Shown: positions 41,580-50,140 of the stretch, piece after piece | How the letters are laid out: each line of letters begins with the position of its first letter | Position numbering within the stretch: the first letter of the stretch is position 1 | Origin: Thermoanaerobaculia bacterium | GTDB taxonomy: Bacteria > Acidobacteriota > Thermoanaerobaculia > Gp7-AA8 | Direction of reading: 5' to 3' | DNA length: 64,000 nucleotides | Assembly (NCBI GenBank): GCA_035255945.1 | Contig: DATEZA010000123.1 | Location: 11,627-75,626 of the forward strand | Made by a program: the position numbers and the translations under genes | The notes under the pieces: model-generated | Seen by the model: the letters and a program-made list of their open reading frames with translations, nothing else | Database searches by the model: none | Told to the model about the DNA's origin: nothing

Positions 41580-42437
41580 ATGCTGACGCTGGAATCGGTC
41601 TCCAAAAAATTCAAGGGTGGCAACTACGGCGTACGCGACGTCTCCATGAGCGTCAGCGGAGGCGTGCTCGGTCTGCTCGGCCCGAACGGTGCGGGCAAGA
41701 CCACGCTGATGCAGATGATCGCCACGATCACCCGGCCCACCGCGGGCCGCATCCTCTTCCGCGATCAGGACCTCGCGCGCGATCCCGAACGGATGCGCCG
41801 CACGCTCGGCTACCTGCCGCAGGACTTCGGCGTCTACGAGAACCTGACCGCGCACGAGTTCCTCGCCTACTTCGCCGCGCTGAAAGGAGTGCATGGCTCC
41901 GCGCGCGTCCGCGAGATGCTCGAATCGGTGAACCTGCACCACGTCGCGAATCGCACCATCAGCGGATTCTCCGGCGGCATGAAGCAGCGGCTCGGAATCG
42001 CACAGGCGCTGATCAACGATCCCGAAGTGGTCGTCGTCGATGAGCCGACGGCGGGACTCGATCCCGAAGAGCGCGTGCGGTTTCGCAACCTCCTCTCCGA
42101 CCTCGGCGTGGGACGGCTGGTCATCCTCTCCACGCACATCGTCAGCGACATCGAATCGATCGCCACAGAGATCGCGATCATGAAGCACGGGCAGCTCGTG
42201 GCCCTCGCGACGCCGGAAGAATTGCTGCGCCGCGCGGACGGCAACGTCTGGGAGAGCATCGTCAGCTCCGAGCACTTCGAGCGCTTTCGCGGACAGCTCA
42301 CCGTCTCGAATGCCGTCCGCCGTCCCGACGGCGTGCACGTGCGCACCGTCGGCGCGAAGCCGCTCGACGATGCGACTCCCGCCGAGCCGCGGCTGGAGGA
42401 TGCGTTCCTCTCCGTGATGAGCGGAGCCGCCGCGTGA
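41580..42437 (+). CDS. ABC transporter ATP-binding protein
   Basis: Walker A GPNGAGKTT, signature FSGGMKQR, Walker B VVVVDEP. Confidence 0.92.
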   Translation: MLTLESVSKKFKGGNYGVRDVSMSVSGGVLGLLGPNGAGKTTLMQMIATITRPTAGRILFRDQDLARDPERMRRTLGYLPQDFGVYENLTAHEFLAYFAALKGVHGSARVREMLESVNLHHVANRTISGFSGGMKQRLGIAQALINDPEVVVVDEPTAGLDPEERVRFRNLLSDLGVGRLVILSTHIVSDIESIATEIAIMKHGQLVALATPEELLRRADGNVWESIVSSEHFERFRGQLTVSNAVRRPDGVHVRTVGAKPLDDATPAEPRLEDAFLSVMSGAAA

Positions 42438-43939
42438 GAATCGCGGCGATCATCCTCGCCGACTTTCGCATCCGCTTCCGGCGGCTCTCCACGCTGGTCA
42501 TCTTTCTGCTGCTCAGCGCGATGGCGTACGCGTGGGTGCCCGATCCGGCGACCGGCCGCGCGCTGCTGCAGATCAACGGCCAACGCGCGCTCTACAACTC
42601 CGCCGCGGTCGGCATGGCCACCGCCGCGCTGTGCGGACTCTTCATCGGACTCGTCGGCTTCTACGTCATCTCGAACACGATCGGGCGCGATGCACGCTCG
42701 CGTTGCGGCTTCGTCATCGCATCGACGAACGCCGGCAGCCTCGAATACCTCATCGGCAAATTCGCCGGCAACGTCGTCTTCCTCGCCACGTTCACCTTCG
42801 GCTTCATGTGCAGCTCGATGCTGATGATCCTCGTGCGCGGCGAGGCCGCTCTCCAGCCGTTCATCTTCGCGAAGCAGTACCTGCTCATCGTGCCGTCGGT
42901 GATCGTCTCCGTCTCCGCGATCGCGCTCCTGTTCGAATCGATCCCGTTCCTTTCCGGCCGCTTCGGCGATGTCGCGTATTTCTTCGTCTGGATCGTGCTC
43001 CTCGGCGTGACGGTGTCGGCGATCGAGAACGGCGGCTCGCCCGGGATCTACGGCGCGTTCGACATCTCCGGCCTCGGTTTCATGATTCATTCGCTCAAGC
43101 ACCAGCTGCACACGAGCTCGATCTCCGTCGGCGCGATGACGTTCGACGCGCACAAAGGGACCTTCATCTTCGACGGATTGCATCTCACCCGCGCGTGGAT
43201 CGTGCCGCGGTTGCTCTCGATGCTGATGCCGGTCCCGATCCTGCTGTTGTCGCGCGTCTTCTTTCACCGCTTCGACCCGGTGCGCGTGAAGCAGTCGTCA
43301 GTGAAGCAGCGCGATTCGGTGCTCGCGCGCATCAACCGGTTGTTCAAGCCGCTCACCGCCGGCTCGATGTCGCTCGTGGCGCGCGGCCGCGGACCGTCGC
43401 TCGTGCGTTCCGCCGTTGCCGATGCGCTCCTAACCATCACCGCGGCGCCGCTGCTCGCACTGGCCATGCTCCTCGTGTCGTTCGTTGCGCCGCCGTACGT
43501 CGTCATCGCGGGACTGGGGATCGCGATCGCCGGCATCGCCTCGCGCGAGACGCAGGCCGGCACGAGCGCGCTCGCATTCGCCGCGCCGTACATCCAGCCG
43601 CGCTTCGTCGCGTTCAAGCTGCTCTCGACGCTGTTCGTGCTCCTCCCGTTCGCCGTCGTTCCGCTGCTGCGCAGCAGGTCGATCGGATTCGCCGTCGGCA
43701 TCTTCTTCCTCGCCGCCGCCGCGACATTCCTCGGCTTCGTCAGCAGCAACGCAAAAACGTTCACCGTCCTCTTCCTCACGTTCTGGTACGTCGCCGTGAA
43801 CGACAAAGGCGCGACGCCCGCCCTCGACTTCGCCGGCTTCAATCACAGCGCGACACCGCTCGTGACTGTGACCTACGCGCTGATCGCCCTCGGCTTCATC
43901 GCCGCCGCCCAAGCGACACACGCCGCCCGCACCAACTAG
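42434..43939 (+). CDS. ABC-transporter-associated multi-pass membrane protein (putative permease)
   Basis: 4-nt overlap with the ATPase gene; 501 aa with many hydrophobic segments. Confidence 0.7.
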   Translation: MRIAAIILADFRIRFRRLSTLVIFLLLSAMAYAWVPDPATGRALLQINGQRALYNSAAVGMATAALCGLFIGLVGFYVISNTIGRDARSRCGFVIASTNAGSLEYLIGKFAGNVVFLATFTFGFMCSSMLMILVRGEAALQPFIFAKQYLLIVPSVIVSVSAIALLFESIPFLSGRFGDVAYFFVWIVLLGVTVSAIENGGSPGIYGAFDISGLGFMIHSLKHQLHTSSISVGAMTFDAHKGTFIFDGLHLTRAWIVPRLLSMLMPVPILLLSRVFFHRFDPVRVKQSSVKQRDSVLARINRLFKPLTAGSMSLVARGRGPSLVRSAVADALLTITAAPLLALAMLLVSFVAPPYVVIAGLGIAIAGIASRETQAGTSALAFAAPYIQPRFVAFKLLSTLFVLLPFAVVPLLRSRSIGFAVGIFFLAAAATFLGFVSSNAKTFTVLFLTFWYVAVNDKGATPALDFAGFNHSATPLVTVTYALIALGFIAAAQATHAARTN

Positions 43940-43953
43940 CCTTCAGCCCCCGA

Positions 43954-44078
43954 TTCTGGTACGTCGCCGTGACGACAAAGGCGCGACGCCCGCTCGTTAC
44001 CGCGGTCTACGCACTCATCGCCCTCGGCTTCATCGCGGCCGCACAAGCGACGCACGCCGCACGCGCCAACTAGCCTTC
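43954..44078 (+). repeat. degenerate tandem copy of the permease gene 3' end
   Basis: TTCTGGTACGTCGCCGTGA...CCAACTAGCCTTC repeats 43781-43944 with a ~39-nt internal deletion and a 1-nt indel. It includes its own TAG. Confidence 0.85.
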
Positions 44079-44174
44079 GCCCCCGCCACGCGGGGGAGAA
44101 GGTGGCCGACGGCCGGATGAGGGGGTCGCGCATCGCACGAAAGACCAACCCATCCCGCGCGGAGGGGAGAAGGC

Positions 44175-45125
44175 TTAATAGGTGGCAAAGATCGCCTGCA
44201 GCGGCGCGCGGAATCGCTCGGGCGTCGATTCGTACGGCTCATCAGCCGACTCCGCGATCGCCATGCAGAACAGCGCCTTCTCGCGAATGGTGAGCCGCCG
44301 CTCCTCGCGTGGCGGATGACTCGCCGCGATCCGCATCAGCTGCTCCGCGAACGAGGCGTCCTCGAGCTCGATCGCGAAAACCATCAGCGTGTGCATCTCC
44401 TGCAGCGGACGCTGATCGGGACGCAAGCGTCCGTGCACCGTGAGGCCCGCGCGCACGTGGCGCAGCAGCGCCTGCAAGCCGGTCTCGTCGTCGGTGCGGA
44501 ACCAGGCCGCGGGCAGCTTCGACGCGATCGCCACCGTGCCCGGCTCGTAGTGATCGCCGCTCAGCACGTGCGCGATCGCGACCGCCATCGTGGCCATGTC
44601 GCCGCTCGGGTTGTACGGACTGAACTCGCGGCTGATGAAGCCGACGCCGGCCGCGGTCACGATCTCGTCGTGGCCCCAGGAGCGGCGGAGGTCCTTGTAT
44701 TTTTCATCGCCGCGCACAAACGAGCGGATCAGCTCCGCCGGATTCCTGTCCGCCAGCGACGCGGCGGCTTCGAACTTTTTCTTCGCGTCGATGCCGATCC
44801 GTTCCGCGGCGTGATGCACGACGCTCAGCGCGCGCGGGATGTCGCTCGCATCGATGCGATGCGCGTCGATGATGGCGATGCCGTTCAGCGCGTCGGTGAT
44901 CCATTGCGCGTCCTTCGAGCGCATGGCGAACACCGACGCCCGCCGCGCGAACGTGAGCAGCGAGTAGAAGTCGTTCATGCTCATGTCGTCGCGCATCTCC
45001 GCGCGCGCCGACGAGCTCGCGGAGGCGAACGCGCGCGTCACGCGGCGCAGCTCGTCATCGGCCGCCGCGGGCCGCGGATCGATGAGACTCGTCTCACCGC
45101 GCCAGAAGTCGTAGCTAAGGACCAT
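44175..45125 (-). CDS. hypothetical protein
   Basis: 316-aa ORF with protein-like composition. No family recognised. Confidence 0.6.
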   Translation of the reverse strand: MVLSYDFWRGETSLIDPRPAAADDELRRVTRAFASASSSARAEMRDDMSMNDFYSLLTFARRASVFAMRSKDAQWITDALNGIAIIDAHRIDASDIPRALSVVHHAAERIGIDAKKKFEAAASLADRNPAELIRSFVRGDEKYKDLRRSWGHDEIVTAAGVGFISREFSPYNPSGDMATMAVAIAHVLSGDHYEPGTVAIASKLPAAWFRTDDETGLQALLRHVRAGLTVHGRLRPDQRPLQEMHTLMVFAIELEDASFAEQLMRIAASHPPREERRLTIREKALFCMAIAESADEPYESTPERFRAPLQAIFATY

Positions 45126-45546
45126 TCGAATTGAAGATGTCCACGATCGCGCGCCATTCGCCGTTCGCGCGGCGCCATGTCAGTGCGTACTTCCCGGTCT
45201 CCGTTTTGCCGCCGATGATCAGTTCGTACGTCCCGATCTCCGTCGCCATGTCGCCCGACTCGATCACCTGCTGCGTGTTCAGCGTGACGTGCGGCTTCGC
45301 TGCGACGAGGCCCGACCAGAACTGGCGGATCGCCGCGCGGCCGCGCATCTCGGGTGCTCCCGGCGGCAGGAGCACCGCGTCATTCGCGTAGATCGCCATC
45401 ATCCCGTCGATGTTCCCGCTGTTCGCGGCGTCGCCGAACTCGCGCGCCATGCGGCGCACGGCAGGCTCCGCGCTGCCGGGCTGAATGTCGCTCGTGATGT
45501 GCGCGCACGCGGTGGTGAAGAGCAGAATCGTTATCAGTTTTTTCAT
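45115..45546 (-). CDS. SnoaL/DUF4440-like (NTF2 fold) lipoprotein
   Basis: Start MKKLITILLFTTAC (lipobox). GNIDGMMAIYANDAVLLPPGAP...GEWRAIVDIFN pattern. Confidence 0.75.
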   Translation of the reverse strand: MKKLITILLFTTACAHITSDIQPGSAEPAVRRMAREFGDAANSGNIDGMMAIYANDAVLLPPGAPEMRGRAAIRQFWSGLVAAKPHVTLNTQQVIESGDMATEIGTYELIIGGKTETGKYALTWRRANGEWRAIVDIFNSNGP

Positions 45547-45555
45547 TCCGCCTCC

Positions 45556-45583
45556 GGAGTGCGGCGGCAAGCCGCCGCACTCC
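45556..45583. repeat. GGAGTGCGGCGGC hairpin (mini version of 15587-15699)
   Basis: GGAGTGCGGCGGC-AA-GCCGCCGCACTCC, flanked by the direct repeat TTTCATTCCG (45541-45550 and 45589-45598). Confidence 0.8.
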
Positions 45584-45590
45584 ATCCGTT

Positions 45591-47000
45591 TCATTCCGAG
45601 TACCAGTCGATGATGCGCGCGATCGCGCGCTGACACACTTTGCAGAACCCCACTTCATCGCGCGTAAACATCATGCAGTCGGTCTGCGGACGGAACAGCC
45701 CCTTCGCTTCGTAACCCGCCCCTTCGAAAGCGCCGACCTTGCCGGCGTACTTCTGATCGTGATCGAGGAACTTCGTCTCCCACACCTGCTCCTCGCGGAA
45801 GAGCGCATCCATCTCCGTCTCCGGACGATTCTCCGCGCGGATCTTGCGGCGCCGCGCCTGGATGTCGCGGCTGTGCTTCTCGAACTCTTCCTTGTCCCAC
45901 GGCGTCGGCAGCGGCACGTCCTTGTCCACCATGTCGAACCACTTCGGATGCGCGCCGTTCGCGGTGATGTTCGGCTCCCACGGCTCCGGATGTTCCACGC
46001 CTGTTTCATACGCGACATCGGACGTGTAGTACTCGTCCGCCAGTCCGGCGAAGTGATGTCCGAACTCGTGCACGAACACATACTCCGCGAAGCCGGTATC
46101 GACCGCCGCCGTCGCCTGATCGTTGAAGATCCCGCCGCCACCGTACTGCTTCTCGTTCACCAGCACCTCGAGGAAGTCGTACGGCGCCGCCGACGCGACG
46201 TCGCGCAGCGCGCGATTGTCGAGCGTCAGCACGTACCGCTCCGAATCGAAGATGTTGTACTCGGTGCCGATCGTCGTGCGGCGATCGTCGCGGGTGCGCG
46301 GACGATGCACGCCGCTCTGCGACGACGGCAGATCGATCGCCCGCACGTTGAAGTTTTTCTTGTGCGACTTGAACGGCTCGGTGTCGAAGAGCTTCGCGCT
46401 CAGCCGCTGCACGTCTTTGTGGAACTTCGGCAGCTCCGCCTCGGTGTAGCCCTCGCCGATGATCAGCAGGTCGACCTTTTCCGATGCGGGTCCGTTCTCG
46501 AACACCGTCCACACTTTGCCGATCGGCTTCAGGTCCGCCTTGTTGACGAACTGCGAATCGGGATTGACGAGCGCCGACCAGAGCTGCTGAAACGCGTTCT
46601 GTTTGTCGCGCTTCTTCAGCACCACCTGCACCGGTTTGCGCGGCCACGGAAAGCGCACCGACTCGGTGAACGTGCCGGCGTGCTCCTTCGCATCGTCCGT
46701 CGTCTGCCACTCGCCGAACACAGACGCGAATCCGTGCGAGTAAATCACCTGATTCGTCGTGCGATCGATGACTTCGAAGTAGTAGTTGCCGAGGTTCGTC
46801 GTATCGATCAGATGAGTCCGCGAGCCGGACCATGGGCCGTCGGATACGACACGATCGAGCGCCACGATCTCCTCGCCGTGATTGCCCGTGTGGAAGTAAT
46901 CGACGCGCATCGTTTTGTCGAGGAACAGGTCGTCGAACTTCGCTGCGCGCGCGGAGAATGCAAGCAGAAGTGTTGCGAGAATGATCCGAATTCGATGCAT
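45591..47000 (-). CDS. M64-family (IgA-peptidase-like) zinc metallopeptidase
   Basis: Start MHRIRIILATLLLAFSARA (signal peptide). FVHEFGHHFAGLADEY zinc motif. Confidence 0.85.
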   Translation of the reverse strand: MHRIRIILATLLLAFSARAAKFDDLFLDKTMRVDYFHTGNHGEEIVALDRVVSDGPWSGSRTHLIDTTNLGNYYFEVIDRTTNQVIYSHGFASVFGEWQTTDDAKEHAGTFTESVRFPWPRKPVQVVLKKRDKQNAFQQLWSALVNPDSQFVNKADLKPIGKVWTVFENGPASEKVDLLIIGEGYTEAELPKFHKDVQRLSAKLFDTEPFKSHKKNFNVRAIDLPSSQSGVHRPRTRDDRRTTIGTEYNIFDSERYVLTLDNRALRDVASAAPYDFLEVLVNEKQYGGGGIFNDQATAAVDTGFAEYVFVHEFGHHFAGLADEYYTSDVAYETGVEHPEPWEPNITANGAHPKWFDMVDKDVPLPTPWDKEEFEKHSRDIQARRRKIRAENRPETEMDALFREEQVWETKFLDHDQKYAGKVGAFEGAGYEAKGLFRPQTDCMMFTRDEVGFCKVCQRAIARIIDWYSE

Positions 47001-47022
47001 GAGTAAATTGTAGACTCGACGC

Positions 47023-48060
47023 ATGCGGGCACTCGTGCTATCTGTAATCTGCTGTCTGCTGTCCGGCGTCGCCGCCGCCCAGGTCACCGAGAAGATCTCC
47101 GTCGAGCGCGTCATCGTCGACGCCCGCGTCACCGACGATCACGGCGACCCGATCACCGATCTCGAACCGAAAGACTTTCGCGTGAAGATCGACGGCAAAT
47201 TGGTGAAGGTCGAATCGGCCGAGTGGATCCCGGAGACCGCGGCCGCGCGCGGACTGGCGAGCATCGGCAAAACGCAAGTCGAGAATCCGAACCCCGATCA
47301 GCAGACCGCGCCCGCGGGACGCCTCCTCGTCTTTCTCATCCAGACCGATTTCGCGCGCAACAAGTTCCGCCTCGGCGGACAGATGAAAGTCATCAGCAAC
47401 GCCGACGAGATGATCGAGTCGCTCGAGCCCGAGGACAAAGTCGCGGTGTTCCAGTTCGACTCACATCTCAAGTTCCGGCTCGATTTCACCGACGACAAAG
47501 CGCGCGTGAAGAATGCGATCCGCGACGCGCTGGCGATCGACGAGCCGAACGAGCCGCCGACGGTGCCGAATCCGTCGTTAAAGCGGCATCTCAACAAGGA
47601 CGAGATGTTCCACGCGACGAAGCCGGAGATGGCGCTGCTCATCGTTGGCAACGCGCTCCGCTCCATCCCCGGTCCGAAGTCGCTCATCCTCCTCGGATGG
47701 GGACTCGGTGAGCGCGTCAACGGCAGGATCATCATGCCGCGCGAGTATCCGATCGCGCGGCACGTGCTCGACGTCGCCCGCACCAGCGTGTTCTCGCTCG
47801 ACGTCACCGAAGCCGATTACCACGATCTCGCGGTCGGCATGGCGCAGGCCTCGGGCGATACCGGCGGCTTTTACCAAAGCACGTTCCGCTTCCCGCAGAT
47901 GGCGTTCGATCGTCTGAAGTCGACGCTGCAAGGTCACTACGAGCTCGAGGTGCACAAGCCGGAGAAGATCGTCCTCGGCACGCATCACATCGAGGTCGAT
48001 GTCGATCGGAAGAACGCGACGGTGATGGCGCGATCGACATACATCGAAGACGGCCAGTGA
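47023..48060 (+). CDS. VWA-domain protein (TIGR03436-like, Acidobacteria-type)
   Basis: Signal peptide, then ERVIVDARVTDDHGDPITDLEPKDFRVKIDGK, typical of the VWFA-related acidobacterial domain. Confidence 0.75.
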   Translation: MRALVLSVICCLLSGVAAAQVTEKISVERVIVDARVTDDHGDPITDLEPKDFRVKIDGKLVKVESAEWIPETAAARGLASIGKTQVENPNPDQQTAPAGRLLVFLIQTDFARNKFRLGGQMKVISNADEMIESLEPEDKVAVFQFDSHLKFRLDFTDDKARVKNAIRDALAIDEPNEPPTVPNPSLKRHLNKDEMFHATKPEMALLIVGNALRSIPGPKSLILLGWGLGERVNGRIIMPREYPIARHVLDVARTSVFSLDVTEADYHDLAVGMAQASGDTGGFYQSTFRFPQMAFDRLKSTLQGHYELEVHKPEKIVLGTHHIEVDVDRKNATVMARSTYIEDGQ

Positions 48061-48108
48061 TGCAGCACGGCGTGTCTCTTGCACATTTTCTTGTGCAGGA
48101 GGAATCAC

Positions 48109-48390
48109 ATGGCGTCGAAGTACGGCAAGAAGGCCTCGAAAAAAGTCGAAAAGGCGATGCACGAGCGCAAGCGCGGAACGCTGAAGAGCGGCAGCTCGGG
48201 CAAGAAGGTGAAGAGCCGCAAGCAGGCGATCGCCATCGGACTCTCCGAAGCGCGTCGCGAAGGCGCGAAGGTGCCGTCGAAGAAATCTTCGAAGAAGTCG
48301 GCGAAGAAATCGACTAAGAAATCTTCGAAGAAGTCGACGACGAAGAAGTCTTCGAAGAAGTCGGCGAAGAAATCTTCGAAGAAGAGCTGA
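48109..48390 (+). CDS. small basic protein with Lys/Ser-rich repeat tail
   Basis: AGGAGGA 5 nt upstream of ATG 48109. MASKYGKKASKKVEKAMHERKRGTLKSG... then (K/S)-rich repeats SKKSAKKSTKKSSKKS. Confidence 0.7.
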   Translation: MASKYGKKASKKVEKAMHERKRGTLKSGSSGKKVKSRKQAIAIGLSEARREGAKVPSKKSSKKSAKKSTKKSSKKSTTKKSSKKSAKKSSKKS

Positions 48391-48739
48391 CGCCGCGGTA
48401 GTTCGTCAGCAGCGCGATCACTCCGATCAGCACACCGATGGCGATGAAGAAGTTCCGCGACTGAACGCCGCGGAAGAAATTCGCCATCCACGGCAGCAGG
48501 ATCAGCAGGATCGAAACGAGCGCTTCGATCGCGCCATGCAGCGGGAAGCCGATGATCTTTTTCGCGCCGAGCGGGAAGCGCGTCAGCACCGTCATCAGGA
48601 AATGCACGGCGGCGAGGATGTAGCAGAAGATCGCCTGCTTTCCGGTGAATCCCGCCACGCCGGGACCGACGGCCAGGATGATGACCATCGCGTAGTCGAT
48701 GATTCCGTGCGAGACGGGGCCGAGTGTTCGAAGCAGCAT
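48314..48739 (-). CDS. small multi-pass membrane protein
   Basis: Four hydrophobic segments. Starts 1 nt after the upstream MBL gene stop. The last ~25 codons are antisense to the KKS repeat of the convergent gene, so the true C-terminus is uncertain. Confidence 0.6.
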   Translation of the reverse strand: MLLRTLGPVSHGIIDYAMVIILAVGPGVAGFTGKQAIFCYILAAVHFLMTVLTRFPLGAKKIIGFPLHGAIEALVSILLILLPWMANFFRGVQSRNFFIAIGVLIGVIALLTNYRGVSSSSKISSPTSSKTSSSSTSSKIS

Positions 48740-49771
48740 TCAGACCTCTCTTCCTTCGCCATGTTCGAGGATCGCGATGTTGGGATTTCCCGCCTCGCCG
48801 ATCGCGCGGCGGAGATGCTCGATCGGTTCCAGCTCGCCGTCGTCGCCGAGATCGAACGTGCCGTAGTGAATCGGGATCGAAGTCTGCGCGCCGAGGATTT
48901 GGTGTGCGCGGACCATGTCGTCGGGCGACATGTGCATCGGCTGCATGAACCAGCGCGGCAGATACGCGCCGATCGGCAGCAGCGCGACGCGCAGGTCCGG
49001 GAAGCGCGCTTTGATCTGCTCGAAGTGCGCGCCGAATCCGGTGTCGCCGGCGAAGTACGCGTTGCCTGAAGGCCCGCCGATCATGAATCCGCCCCACAGG
49101 TTCGCATCGCGATCGGAGAGACCGCGCGAGCAGAAGTGGCGCGCCGGAACGAGCGTGATGTTCTGATGCGAGTCCCACCAATCGAGTGCGATCACGTTTC
49201 GGATGCCGTGGCGTTTCAGGAAGACATCGTTCCCCAGCGGCGTGATGATGCGCGGCCAGAACCGCTTGCGCAGCGCGTGCAGCGTCGGGAGATCGAGATG
49301 GTCGTAGTGGTTATGACTGACGAGCACGAAATCGATCGGCGGCAGATCGCGGAACCGAATGCCCGGCACGCGATGCCGCTTCGGTCCGGCGAACGCAAAC
49401 GGCGAGCAGCGCTCCGACCAGATCGGATCGGTCAACATGTTGACGTTGTCCATCTGCAGCAGGAGCGTCGAGTGATTGATGAACGTCACGCGCATCCGCC
49501 CGCCGCCCACCCGCTCCGGCGGCTTCTCCCCCGGCGCGTCGTCCACCCATTCGCGCCAGTACCCGTGATCGCGGTTGAGCATCCACTTGAGGAACGCGTC
49601 CCGGCCATGCTCCCCGCTCTCCGCGTTGAAGAACCTCTTCCCATCGAAGTGATCGCTCTCCGGTCCGCGGTAATGCGGCGCCGCGATCAGCTGCTTCTCG
49701 ATGACCTCAGCAAGCGCAGCCGCCCCCGCCACCCCGAACGCCGCGCGAATGATCCCCTTCATCGGTATCAT
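48740..49771 (-). CDS. MBL-fold metallo-hydrolase (NAPE-PLD-like)
   Basis: VSHNHYDHLD metal-binding motif; overall beta-lactamase-fold pattern. Confidence 0.82.
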   Translation of the reverse strand: MIPMKGIIRAAFGVAGAAALAEVIEKQLIAAPHYRGPESDHFDGKRFFNAESGEHGRDAFLKWMLNRDHGYWREWVDDAPGEKPPERVGGGRMRVTFINHSTLLLQMDNVNMLTDPIWSERCSPFAFAGPKRHRVPGIRFRDLPPIDFVLVSHNHYDHLDLPTLHALRKRFWPRIITPLGNDVFLKRHGIRNVIALDWWDSHQNITLVPARHFCSRGLSDRDANLWGGFMIGGPSGNAYFAGDTGFGAHFEQIKARFPDLRVALLPIGAYLPRWFMQPMHMSPDDMVRAHQILGAQTSIPIHYGTFDLGDDGELEPIEHLRRAIGEAGNPNIAILEHGEGREV

Positions 49772-49841
49772 TCTCCGGCAGGTTGACGCGACCTCGCGGG
49801 AGAAATACGATGTCCCGGTCGTTCGTTGACAGAGATCCCAT

Positions 49842-49917
49842 AGGCGCTTAGCTCAGTCGGTAGAGCATCACCTTCACACGGTGGGGGTCAACGGTTCGAG
49901 TCCGTTAGCGCCTACCA
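49842..49917 (+). tRNA. tRNA-Val (anticodon CAC)
   Basis: Hand-folded cloverleaf: acceptor AGGCGCT/AGCGCCT, D arm GCTC-AGTCGGTA-GAGC, anticodon arm TCACC-TTCACAC-GGTGG, T arm AACGG-TTCGAGT-CCGTT, encoded CCA. Confidence 0.9.
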
Positions 49918-49930
49918 GATAACTCGTTGA

Positions 49931-49967
49931 AGCCGCTCAGGTTGCGCAGACCGGGCGGCTTTTTTTT
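49931..49967 (+). terminator. hairpin + T7 terminator after tRNA-Val
   Basis: AGCCGC...GCGGCT stem followed by TTTTTTT (49961-49967). Confidence 0.6.
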
Positions 49968-49983
49968 GCCTTCCTTCTGCCGA

Positions 49984-50005
49984 AAGTGTTCACGCAAGTG
50001 TTCAC
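49984..50005 (+). promoter_or_regulatory. paired AAGTGTTCAC direct repeats (candidate recombinase arm sites, attL side)
   Basis: AAGTGTTCAC at 49984-49993 and 49996-50005. The same 9-mer pair occurs at the other island end. Confidence 0.35.
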
Positions 50006-50140
50006 CGGGTCGCGGTTGGGTCCGAGACCGCGTCGCATCCGGCGCTCTTTCCTGCGCGACGAACGACAAATCAAGTTGTTGCGAGAGCATCGGACTCTGT
50101 AATGATCGACTGACAATGCTTGCTCGCGCCGTGAGCTCCG

